Below are positions 8,083 to 16,174 of a stretch of DNA of 31,092 bases, piece by piece. The stretch comes from Nitrospirota bacterium (GTDB lineage Bacteria > Nitrospirota > JACRHJ01). Where the stretch lies: contig DASXVI010000122.1 in assembly GCA_036504315.1 (NCBI GenBank), forward strand, positions 1 through 31,092, given 5' to 3'. The stretch's first letter is position 1, and each line of letters begins with the position of its first letter. A program made the position numbers and the translations under genes. The notes under the pieces were generated by a model. The model was not told the DNA's origin, made no database searches, and saw nothing but the letters and a program-made list of their open reading frames with translations.

Positions 8083-10467
8083 ATGGCAATCGAGGAAGCA
8101 GGGGAGGCCCGGGTTGCGAGTGTCCCGGGACAGGTAGATTTTTTCGGCGTCAGGGAGGCTAAAGTGTCCAGCAAAAAAACGGCGGGTTCAGAGTCCGCCT
8201 TCAAAAAGACCGTTGAGCTTTCGCCCAACGCGGTAAAGGTCCTCGAGAGGAGATACCTCAAGAAGGGCGAGGAGGGCCGTCCGGTCGAAAGGCCCGAGGC
8301 GATGTTCGCCCGCGTCGCGAGGAATATCGCTAAGGCCGAGCTTAACTACGGCGCCACCGAGGCCTCCGTCGAGGAGAAGGCGGCGGAGTTCTATGCGCTG
8401 ATGACGGGCCTGGACTTCCTCCCGAACTCGCCTACCCTTATGAACGCGGGCCGTGACCTCCAGCAGCTTTCCGCCTGTTTCGTCCTCCCTATCGAGGACA
8501 AAATGGAGAGCATCTTCTCCACGATAAAGAACACCGCGCTCATACACCAGTCGGGCGGCGGCACAGGCTTCTCGTTTTCGCGTTTAAGGCCCGCGCACGA
8601 CAAGGTCGCCTCGACCGGCGGCGTGGCGTCAGGCCCGATATCCTTTATGAAGGTGTTCAACGCGGCCACTGAGGCCGTGAAGCAGGGCGGCACCAGGCGC
8701 GGCGCCAACATGGGCATCCTGCGCGTAGACCACCCGGACATCATCGATTTCATATACTGCAAGGAAGACAACGACGAGTTCAACAACTTCAATATCTCCG
8801 TCGGCATAACCGAGGCCTTCATGCAGGCAGTCGAAGAGGGCGCGTCCTATGACCTTGTAAACCCGCGCACCGGCGATGTCGTCAGCACGCTTAACGCGGC
8901 GGAGGTATTCGACAAGATAGTAAACCTCGCGTGGAAGACCGGCGACCCCGGCATCGTGTTCCTCGACAGGCTTAACCGCTTCAACCCGACACCGCAGCTC
9001 GGCCAGATAGAATCCACCAACCCCTGCGGAGAGCAGCCGCTTCTGCCGTACGAGTCCTGCAACCTCGGCTCGATAAACCTCTCGAACATGGTCAAGGACG
9101 GCGCGGTCAACTGGGAGAAACTCAAAGAGACTACCCACCAGGGGGTGCGCTTCCTGGACGACGTCATCGACATGAACAAATACCCGTTAGAGCAGATAGG
9201 GAAGACCACGAGGGGCAACCGCAAGATAGGCCTCGGCATAATGGGCTTCTCTGACATGCTGCTCAAGCTCGGCATACCCTATAATTCGGAAGAGGCCATT
9301 TCGGCGGGCCGCGAGATAATGAAGTTCATCGACGAAGAGGCCAAGAACGCATCCGAGAAACTTGCGGAAGAGCGCGGCGTGTTCGACAACTTCAAGGGCA
9401 GCATATTCGACAGGCCGGACGGCAGGAGGATGAGGAACGCCACAGTTACGACCATCGCCCCGACCGGCACGCTCTCCATCATAGCGGGCTGCTCGTCGGG
9501 CATTGAACCGCTGTTCGCGATATCCTATGTCAGGAACGTCATGGACAAGGACGAGCTTATAGAGGTCAACCCGCATTTCGAGGCGGTCGCCCGCGAGAGG
9601 GGTTTCTTCTCCCCCGAACTCATGAAGCTCATCGCGCACCACGGAACGGTTGCCGATATCGACACCGTCCCCGAGGACGTCAGGCGTCTGTTCGTCACCG
9701 CGCACGACATAGAGCCGGTCTGGCATGTAAAGATGCAGGCAGCGTTCCAGGAGTATGTCGATAACGCGGTCTCCAAGACCGTCAACTTCGGCCACGACGC
9801 CACGCCGCAGGATGTCGCCGAGGTCTATATGCTGTCCTACAAGACCGGCTGCAAAGGCGTGACGATATACCGCGACGGATCCAAGAGCGAGCAGGTGCTC
9901 TCGACCGGCAAGACCAAGGAACTAAAGGGCGAGAAATCCGAGCCGCGAATTGTCGAGCGGATCGTCGAGGTCCCGGTCCACAAGATAACTCCCAGGCCGA
10001 GGCCGGAGGTGACGACCGGCGTTACCAGGCAGATAAACACCGGCTGCGGCAGGCTTTATGTCACCATCAACGAGGACGAGAAGGGCCTCTGCGAGGTATT
10101 CGCCTCCATGGGCAAGTCTGGCGGCTGCGCGACCTCCCAGACCGAGGCGACCGGCAGGCTCGTATCCCTGGCGCTTCGCGCCGGCATGGAGCCCTCCGTC
10201 ATAATAGACCAGCTGAAGGGTATCCGCTGCCCGTCGCCCGCGTGGGTGTCAGGTTCCACTGTATACTCCTGCGCGGACGCTATTGCCAAGGCGCTTGAGG
10301 AGTATGTCAACCGCGACAGCAAGACCGGCAAGGCCCCGGTGGACAAGGTTTATTCAAGCGATAACCAACTGAATGTCTGTCCGGAATGTCCGGAATGCGG
10401 CGCGATGGTATCTTTCGCGGAAGGCTGCGTCGTTTGCCACGGCTGCGGCTTCTCTAAATGCGGCTAA
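8083..10467 (+). CDS. nrdJ: class II (adenosylcobalamin-dependent) ribonucleoside reductase with a C-terminal zinc ribbon
   Basis: 794 aa. The RNR core starts LERRYLKK. The active-site region has TNPCGEQPLLPYESCNLGSINLS. There is no ATP cone. There is no glycyl-radical tail and no adjacent NrdB, which argues for class II. The C-terminus CPECPECG...CVVCHGCG is a Cys4 ribbon. Confidence 0.85.
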   Translation: MAIEEAGEARVASVPGQVDFFGVREAKVSSKKTAGSESAFKKTVELSPNAVKVLERRYLKKGEEGRPVERPEAMFARVARNIAKAELNYGATEASVEEKAAEFYALMTGLDFLPNSPTLMNAGRDLQQLSACFVLPIEDKMESIFSTIKNTALIHQSGGGTGFSFSRLRPAHDKVASTGGVASGPISFMKVFNAATEAVKQGGTRRGANMGILRVDHPDIIDFIYCKEDNDEFNNFNISVGITEAFMQAVEEGASYDLVNPRTGDVVSTLNAAEVFDKIVNLAWKTGDPGIVFLDRLNRFNPTPQLGQIESTNPCGEQPLLPYESCNLGSINLSNMVKDGAVNWEKLKETTHQGVRFLDDVIDMNKYPLEQIGKTTRGNRKIGLGIMGFSDMLLKLGIPYNSEEAISAGREIMKFIDEEAKNASEKLAEERGVFDNFKGSIFDRPDGRRMRNATVTTIAPTGTLSIIAGCSSGIEPLFAISYVRNVMDKDELIEVNPHFEAVARERGFFSPELMKLIAHHGTVADIDTVPEDVRRLFVTAHDIEPVWHVKMQAAFQEYVDNAVSKTVNFGHDATPQDVAEVYMLSYKTGCKGVTIYRDGSKSEQVLSTGKTKELKGEKSEPRIVERIVEVPVHKITPRPRPEVTTGVTRQINTGCGRLYVTINEDEKGLCEVFASMGKSGGCATSQTEATGRLVSLALRAGMEPSVIIDQLKGIRCPSPAWVSGSTVYSCADAIAKALEEYVNRDSKTGKAPVDKVYSSDNQLNVCPECPECGAMVSFAEGCVVCHGCGFSKCG
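10378..10395 (+). repeat. perfect 9-bp tandem duplication (tgtccggaa x2) inside the nrdJ zinc ribbon
   Basis: It reads directly as tgtccggaatgtccggaa. It is in frame and yields CPECPEC instead of a single CPEC. Confidence 0.9.
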
Positions 10468-10481
10468 GGAAGGCGGAACCG

Positions 10482-10889
10482 ATGGGCGGAAAGCCTGTAC
10501 AAACGGTAATGCTGGCTTTTATTACGGCAGGCCTCTTGTTTGCGGGATGTGCGACAAAGGCGGACTACATACGCCAGCACCCTGCGATGGACAAGGGGCA
10601 TAGGTACGCGATGCAGAACGGCGAGGTCCAGCCGGGCTTCACCAAAGAGATGGTGCGGCTGACGATGGGGTCGCCCTCGAATATTACGGCCATCCAAAGT
10701 AAGGACGGAACAAGCGAAATCTGGCTTTACCCTGATATAATATGGATACCGCTCATCGGAAACGTAAAAAATGAGTACAGATATGTCTACTTCCTTGACG
10801 ATAAGGTCACTAAGGTGAAGCTCACGAAGGGCAGTGAGAAGTACCTGGAGAAGATGGAAAAGATCAACACGGAAGAGTTACCCAAATAA
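10482..10889 (+). CDS. small outer-membrane lipoprotein, SmpA/OmlA (BamE)-like
   Basis: The start is probably the ATG at 10482, which has a GGAAGG RBS. The track start at 10458 overlaps nrdJ. The signal peptide ends in the lipobox LLFAGC. The mature part contains VQPGFTKEMVRLTMGSPSNITAIQSKDGTSEIWLY. This matches the SmpA/OmlA pattern (G-M-T/S-x-x-Q-V, L-G-x-P, W-x-Y). Confidence 0.55.
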   Translation: MGGKPVQTVMLAFITAGLLFAGCATKADYIRQHPAMDKGHRYAMQNGEVQPGFTKEMVRLTMGSPSNITAIQSKDGTSEIWLYPDIIWIPLIGNVKNEYRYVYFLDDKVTKVKLTKGSEKYLEKMEKINTEELPK

Positions 10890-10906
10890 GCAGAGAGGCC
10901 GCAAAA

Positions 10907-11143
10907 ATGCAGTACAGCATCAAGGCGTTCATCAAAAGGGAAGAAGATGGCCGATACTTTGCCGAGTGTCTCGATGTGGAACTGACCGTGAGGGGCATAA
11001 GCCTCGATGAAACGGTCGAGAAGCTGAAGGACGAAATCTGCAAAAGGTTCGACGGGGCGGACATGGCGTCGCTCGGGTTTGTGGAAAAGCCTACGCTGTT
11101 CATAACCTTCGAGGATGTCGCCCTGCCTCTGCCCGTACGGTAA
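10907..11143 (+). CDS. HicB-like (UPF0150 fold) small protein, orphan (no HicA partner seen)
   Basis: 78 aa. The sequence MQYSIKAFIKREEDGRYFAECLDVELTVRGISLDETVEKLKDEI follows the HicB N-domain pattern Y...E..DGGY.A.C.dl...G.T.eEA..nlkeAI. The 143-aa gene upstream is a lipoprotein, not a HicA. Confidence 0.4.
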   Translation: MQYSIKAFIKREEDGRYFAECLDVELTVRGISLDETVEKLKDEICKRFDGADMASLGFVEKPTLFITFEDVALPLPVR

Positions 11144-11155
11144 GGGGGTGCTGGT

Positions 11156-11329
11156 ATGACGGAAGAACAGAAGCAGAAGATTCGCGATGCAGTGCAGGAC
11201 GGCAAGCTTCCCTGCCCGGTCGCCTTCAAACTCGCCAAGGAGCTGGAAATTTCGATAAAGGAAATCGGCCAGTTCTGCAACGACGAGAATTTGCGCATCA
11301 AAAACTGCCAGTTGGGGTGTTTCCCTTAA
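11156..11329 (+). CDS. 57-aa Cys-containing small protein (not in the ORF track), coupled to the HicB-like gene
   Basis: Read manually. The gene runs from ATG 11156 to TAA 11327-11329. A strong AAGGGGGTG RBS lies 5 nt upstream. The stop of the preceding gene is 12 nt upstream. The translation is MTEEQKQKIRDAVQDGKLPCPVAFKLAKELEISIKEIGQFCNDENLRIKNCQLGCFP. It has four Cys, including a C-terminal CQLGCF, and a helix-turn-helix-like middle (LAKELEISIKEIGQF). Confidence 0.4.
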   Translation: MTEEQKQKIRDAVQDGKLPCPVAFKLAKELEISIKEIGQFCNDENLRIKNCQLGCFP

Positions 11330-11404
11330 ATATATTTATACGCCCAGAAGGCCGACGAAAGTCGGCCTTTTCTGTTATAATTTCCGGCGGGAGGGCATAT
11401 TTGG

Positions 11405-11833
11405 ATGGAAACCCGCACGACACTCCGCCAGCGAATCGCAATCTGCTTCACCGCCGGGACAATGGGCGGATTAATAGTTGTTTTGTTCAGTCAAGTATTA
11501 TATTATACGGGGATTGGCCCGCTGATGGGCGCGAAGTCGGCCGCGAGCCTCTCCCCGCCGGAACTGTACCGGCCGCTTATCTGGGGAGGGATTTGGGGAA
11601 TCCCGTTCGGGTTCCTCCTCAGGCTTTACTGGGACCGCCTGTTTACATTCGGGTTTTTCTATTTTCTCGCGCCGGTTGTGGCGCTGTACCTGATATTCGC
11701 CCCGATGCGCGGCATCGGATTTTTCGGCATGCAGAGCGGCGCGCTTTTTTCGCTCTACCTGCTAATCGTCAACATCCCGTACGGCATTGTCACCGCGGCT
11801 GCGGCCCGGTGGCTGATAGGCCCTAAAATTTGA
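11405..11833 (+). CDS. small integral membrane protein (about 4 TM), unknown function
   Basis: 142 aa, hydrophobic throughout (GGLIVVLFSQVLYY, IWGGIWGIPFGFLL, FFYFLAPVVALYLIFAP, LFSLYLLIVNIPYGIV). Its stop overlaps the start of the next gene (ATGA). Confidence 0.45.
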   Translation: METRTTLRQRIAICFTAGTMGGLIVVLFSQVLYYTGIGPLMGAKSAASLSPPELYRPLIWGGIWGIPFGFLLRLYWDRLFTFGFFYFLAPVVALYLIFAPMRGIGFFGMQSGALFSLYLLIVNIPYGIVTAAAARWLIGPKI

Positions 11834-12693
11834 CCAACCCGATGACGTTCAAAGAAAAACTCATACACCCGATAGCCGCAAGGTTCTTCGCCGGGACGGA
11901 ACTCCAGGACGCCGTTGTGCGCGCCAAGGCCGCAAACGCCATGGGCATGGGCGTCACCATCGACCTCATGGGCGAGGATTTAAAGGAGCGCAATGTCGTA
12001 GAGCGCGTCCGCAGGGAATACTCCCGCATTATCGACACGATAGAGAACGAGAGGCTGGACGCCTCCCTTGCCGTAAAGCCGACCCACATTGGGCTTTCCG
12101 TCAACAGGAAGATTATGGAGGACAACCTCCTGCTCCTGGCGGACTATGCCGACAAGAAGGGGATATTCCTGTGGGTGGACATGGAGGGCTCGGCCTGGAC
12201 CGAGGACACCCTGAAGGCCTACTCAAAGGTGCGCGACAACTACGAAAACGCCGGGATAGCGCTCCAGGCCTGCCTGCACAGGACATGGGACGACCTGCGT
12301 GAGATGGTCGCGTCCGGGGCAAAGGTCCGGCTGGTCAAGGGGGCATACAACGAGCCGCCGAGCGTGGCCATACAGGGCGGCGGGAAAGTCCGCAGACGCT
12401 TCCAGGAGATGATGGAGTACCTGTTCGCCGAGGCGCCGTCTTTTGCCATAGGGACGCACGACCTGCAACTGATAAAGCGCGGTCTGGAGCTGGGGGCGAC
12501 AAGCAAGTGCGAGCCGGAATTCCAGATGCTTATGGGTATGAGGGACGATGTCAAGCGCAAGCTCGCCGAGAAGTCCTTACGGGTGGTGGAGTATGTGCCG
12601 TACGGCAAGTCATGGTACGCCTACGGGGTGCGCAGGCTGCGCGAAAAGAACAGAAATATCGTCTATATTATACAAGGGCTTTATAACCGTTAA
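11830..12693 (+). CDS. proline dehydrogenase (monofunctional PutA-like/PRODH family)
   Basis: 287 aa. The sequence contains LVKGAY with downstream HDLQLI. It has a TIM-barrel-like alternating pattern and the length typical of short bacterial/archaeal PRODH. Confidence 0.7.
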   Translation: MTNPMTFKEKLIHPIAARFFAGTELQDAVVRAKAANAMGMGVTIDLMGEDLKERNVVERVRREYSRIIDTIENERLDASLAVKPTHIGLSVNRKIMEDNLLLLADYADKKGIFLWVDMEGSAWTEDTLKAYSKVRDNYENAGIALQACLHRTWDDLREMVASGAKVRLVKGAYNEPPSVAIQGGGKVRRRFQEMMEYLFAEAPSFAIGTHDLQLIKRGLELGATSKCEPEFQMLMGMRDDVKRKLAEKSLRVVEYVPYGKSWYAYGVRRLREKNRNIVYIIQGLYNR

Positions 12694-12825
12694 CGGGCTG
12701 AAAGTTCTCCGCCAGCCCTCCCGCCTTCTGCCTCCGAGATTAAATCCTAAATTAAAGTTGAAATCCTGCCGATAAATAGCGTAAAATAAACAAGCTTTTT
12801 CTATCTTTTACCATGTCAGGGCAGT

Positions 12826-15800
12826 TTGATGCAAGAGGACCAGGAAAACGGGTCGGAGACCGGCCTGAAGAGCGGCGCTAACACGGCCCCTTCGCTTGTC
12901 GCCGATATCTCCCCCGAAGAATTATACCAGGCCGGTACGGCCCACTTCAGGCACAGGGACTACGACCAGGCGCGGGCCTGCTTCGAGGACCTGCTCAAGG
13001 TGTGCTCGCCGGAGCAGGACAGTGGCCCGTACAGCGGCTCGGACAGCGGTAATGCCCCGCTTGTCCCGGCGGCCCTGCACATGCTCGCGAGGGTCTGCCA
13101 TGCCCAGAACAGGGAGTTGGACCGCGCCGAGGAGATGCTGAAGAAGGCGGTCGAGCAGGACAAGGAAGGCCTGACCCGCTACCTCGAAACCCTGGGCATG
13201 ATATATATCCACCAGGGGAAATACGAGAAGGCCGGAGAGGTATTCGGCTATGCCCTTGCGGAGGACGACGGCCGCGACCGCCAGCATTCCTTCTCGTTGA
13301 GTTTTTATAACGACCTCGTAACAAAAAAACTGAAAGCCCAGCACAAGAGACTTTCTTCCAACAAGCCGGATTTTCTGGACGAGGATAAGAAGAGGTTCAA
13401 GAGGCGCGGCCCGCTCAGTTATATCATCCCGTCGGCCATCGTACACGCCCTTCTTTTTCTTACCATAGGCTTCCTGTCAATGCACGACATCGTCATGCAG
13501 CCGGAGTCAAAGGAAGACTTCACGGTAGTGGATGTCCAGCAGGAGGAAGAGAGGCAGATGGCCGAAAGCCCGTCGGATGAGGCGCGGCCGGTTGACGAGA
13601 ATCCGCAGCCCCAGAGCCGGGAAGACCTCGAGGCCAACGCAGTCCCGACCCCGGCCAACCAGCAGAGGCAGGACGCAAAGGCCGGTTCGGTCGCAAAAGG
13701 CGGCGGCGCGTCGATGGGACAGGCGGCGGCGGGCAAGGCGTCCGAGTCCGAGAGGAGCGGTTCGGTGGGCCGGAAATCGGCAGCCGCGGTCCAGGGCGGC
13801 GAGACTAAGGAAGACCTCGCCATGAAGAGCCTGGGCGTGAAGGGTGTGGACTTGAAACAGCACTCGCCTGAGTTTGCGAGTTCGGATGTGGACTTGGTCA
13901 GGAAGAGCCTTTCGCCCGCATCCGCCGGAAGCGACCGTTCGGGCGCTAAAGAGGCCAAGGTCGGCGGGCTAACAGACCGCTCGGCCACCAAGGCATCCGT
14001 GACGGCTGACGGAGTATACATCGGGAATACGGGCGCGAAGGAGTCGAAGTGGCAGAAGGAGCGCGCCTCCGACATCAGGCAGGGCGGCCAGGCGGACAAT
14101 GCGCCAGCCCCGAATATGCAAGAGGAGAAGAAAGTCGCGCTGAATTCGCCGTCCGGGAACCGGAAGTTCGAAACAAACCCGGAGGTTGCGGCGCGGAGGC
14201 TCGACCTCTCAAGCGGCGGGCCGGCATCCGGCGGGAAATCGGCGGCCGGGCCTGACAGGTTTGCAAGCATGGACAGGCAGGCAGCTGCTTCCGCGGCCGG
14301 CAAGGCCAATGCGGATTTCAGCTCGACGCTTTTCGGGTCTAACAAGGCCGCCGCGGGAGGCAAGGCTGCGGGCAGCCTCGGCGCCTCGGCAAGTTCCGGC
14401 GATACGGGCCCGTCCATCCAGTCTGAAAGGGCCAATGTCCAACTGCCGCAGGCCGGGGGTAAAAATTACAATTTTGTGGACGGCGTGCCCGTGGCAAGGC
14501 AGCTCGATATGGGGACGGCCGGGGCGTCTAACGGCGGCGGAGCGCCTGGTCAGCGTGCAGGAGGCCAGGGCCAGAAGTTTGCGAGCCTCGACAGGGGCGC
14601 GGGCGGCGCGGTGAGCCCCGGGACGGCTGGGGCTGCGGCAGGCTCTATGGTCGGCAGGCCGGGAGCTGGCTACGGTTCCGCGGCCACCGGCAGCGCAAAG
14701 CAGGGCGGATCTAGGGCTGTATCCGGCGGCGGCGATAGCGGCGGTACGGGCAGCGGTTTCGGAGGTTTTCTGGGTGCGGCCGTAAAGAAGGCGTCCGACT
14801 TCGTCGGCAGCGTCGGCAGGAGTATGGGCAGCGTCGGCGGTTCGGATTCGGAAGTTAAACGCGTCAAGTCCCTTTCCGGGATGGGCGGCGGGACATCCGG
14901 CAGCGGTGGGCCTGGTTCGGGCGGCGGCACAGGAAACGGCAGGGGCGGGGTAAGGCTCGGCAGCGGCGAGAAGTCCGCTTCCGGCGGGCCCGCCGGCGGT
15001 TACCAGGCCCAGGCCGGGGGAGTAACCCCGTCCGGCGGCAAGACCGGGGTCGGGGCCGGAAAGAAGATGGCCGAGGGGGCGCTGGGCGTGCCCGGCCAGT
15101 CCGGCGACAGGTTCGCATCTTTCGGCAAGGGGGAAATAGGCCCGTCATCCATGGAGAAGGGCACGGCGGTCGGCAAGACTGTTAAAACGGCCAGGAACGC
15201 CATCGCTCCGGCCGTCCAGATATTGTCGCCTACATCGGGCAAGACGAACAAGCTGTCCCAGGTGATTACGGGCACGGTCTCGGACACCCGCACAAGGAAG
15301 GCGACCCTGACGATAAACAACGAATCGCGGGTCATATCGGTCGACCGGGGCAGGTTTGAGTCGGTTGTATCCCTCGCCAAGGGCAGGAACATTGTAACGG
15401 TCATGGCTTTCGACGTGGACGGCAATGTCGGCAAGGACAACATAACGCTCGATTATTACGAGCCGTCCGCCGGGGTGCCGATAAACATAATCTCGCCCAG
15501 GGACGGGCAGGTCTTCGATGTGAGCGAAAGGAGCGTAGTATCGGTCAAGGGCACTATCGGGGACCCGCAAGTCAAGAAGGCGAAGCTTATATTCAACGGC
15601 AACCCGATGGACATTGTTGTAAACCGCGGCTATTTCGAGCAGAAGATCGCGTTGGTGCAGGAACAGAACACGATACTTGTAGAGGCCGTGTCCACAGACG
15701 GCGAGACAGTTTCGCGCAGTTCGCGGACCAAGGTGAACATAATGAACGCCAAGCCCAAGGACATCATGGTCATACTGTCCTGGGACAAGCCGCACGCTGA

Positions 15801-16167
15801 TATGGACCTGCATATGTACGGGCCGGGCGGGGGGCACACCTACTACAAGAGCCCGAATATGTACGAGTCTCCCGAGGCTATCGCGGGTGCGCAGTTAGAG
15901 CAGGACTCGAAGGCCAATTTCGGGCCCGAGGTCTTCACGCAGGAGCACGCGGACAAAGGCGCTTATACAATCAAGTCGAATTATTTTTATAGCGGTGGTG
16001 ACGGCAACGCTCACGCGACCGTCACCGTGATATTATACGGAGACAACCCCTCCCGAAGGATAGTCAGGGTGTTTGGTCCACACCTGCAGGTCGACACCAA
16101 GAACGGTGAAGACACCTGGGAGGTCACTAAGTTCAAGATGCCGGAAGGGATTTTCCTGGAGGATTGA
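12826..16167 (+). CDS. giant single-pass envelope protein with a long Gly/Ser/Ala-rich disordered linker and C-terminal Ig-like domains
   Basis: 1113 aa. The start may be the ATG at 12829. A cytoplasmic N-domain with TPR-like helices occupies ~200 aa. One TM helix follows (LSYIIPSAIVHALLFLTIGFL). From residues ~230 to 780 there is a low-complexity acidic/Gly/Ser/Ala-rich region. Two Big/Ig-like beta repeats follow (ILSPTSGKT...ITLDYY and INIISPRDGQ...VNIM). A conserved-looking C-terminal ~130-aa domain (SWDKPHADMDLHMYGPGGGHTYY...YFYSGGDGNAHATVTVILYG) may be YfaP/DUF2135-like. That assignment is from memory and unverified. Confidence 0.55.
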   Translation: MMQEDQENGSETGLKSGANTAPSLVADISPEELYQAGTAHFRHRDYDQARACFEDLLKVCSPEQDSGPYSGSDSGNAPLVPAALHMLARVCHAQNRELDRAEEMLKKAVEQDKEGLTRYLETLGMIYIHQGKYEKAGEVFGYALAEDDGRDRQHSFSLSFYNDLVTKKLKAQHKRLSSNKPDFLDEDKKRFKRRGPLSYIIPSAIVHALLFLTIGFLSMHDIVMQPESKEDFTVVDVQQEEERQMAESPSDEARPVDENPQPQSREDLEANAVPTPANQQRQDAKAGSVAKGGGASMGQAAAGKASESERSGSVGRKSAAAVQGGETKEDLAMKSLGVKGVDLKQHSPEFASSDVDLVRKSLSPASAGSDRSGAKEAKVGGLTDRSATKASVTADGVYIGNTGAKESKWQKERASDIRQGGQADNAPAPNMQEEKKVALNSPSGNRKFETNPEVAARRLDLSSGGPASGGKSAAGPDRFASMDRQAAASAAGKANADFSSTLFGSNKAAAGGKAAGSLGASASSGDTGPSIQSERANVQLPQAGGKNYNFVDGVPVARQLDMGTAGASNGGGAPGQRAGGQGQKFASLDRGAGGAVSPGTAGAAAGSMVGRPGAGYGSAATGSAKQGGSRAVSGGGDSGGTGSGFGGFLGAAVKKASDFVGSVGRSMGSVGGSDSEVKRVKSLSGMGGGTSGSGGPGSGGGTGNGRGGVRLGSGEKSASGGPAGGYQAQAGGVTPSGGKTGVGAGKKMAEGALGVPGQSGDRFASFGKGEIGPSSMEKGTAVGKTVKTARNAIAPAVQILSPTSGKTNKLSQVITGTVSDTRTRKATLTINNESRVISVDRGRFESVVSLAKGRNIVTVMAFDVDGNVGKDNITLDYYEPSAGVPINIISPRDGQVFDVSERSVVSVKGTIGDPQVKKAKLIFNGNPMDIVVNRGYFEQKIALVQEQNTILVEAVSTDGETVSRSSRTKVNIMNAKPKDIMVILSWDKPHADMDLHMYGPGGGHTYYKSPNMYESPEAIAGAQLEQDSKANFGPEVFTQEHADKGAYTIKSNYFYSGGDGNAHATVTVILYGDNPSRRIVRVFGPHLQVDTKNGEDTWEVTKFKMPEGIFLED

Positions 16168-16174
16168 CAGCAAC

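Noticed and set aside
13500-15150. Possible CRISPR or DNA tandem repeats in the GGC/GCG-rich stretch
   Set aside because: There are no regularly spaced identical repeats. The periodicity reflects Gly/Ala/Ser codons of a disordered protein linker, not a repeat-spacer array.
13419-15837. Long minus-strand and alternate-frame ORFs inside the Gly/Ser/Ala-rich region
   Set aside because: Examples are 13419..14435 (-), 15145..15837 (-) and 14186..14614 (+). The region is low-complexity GC-rich coding sequence of the 1113-aa gene, which keeps other frames open. None of these ORFs has an RBS or recognisable domains.
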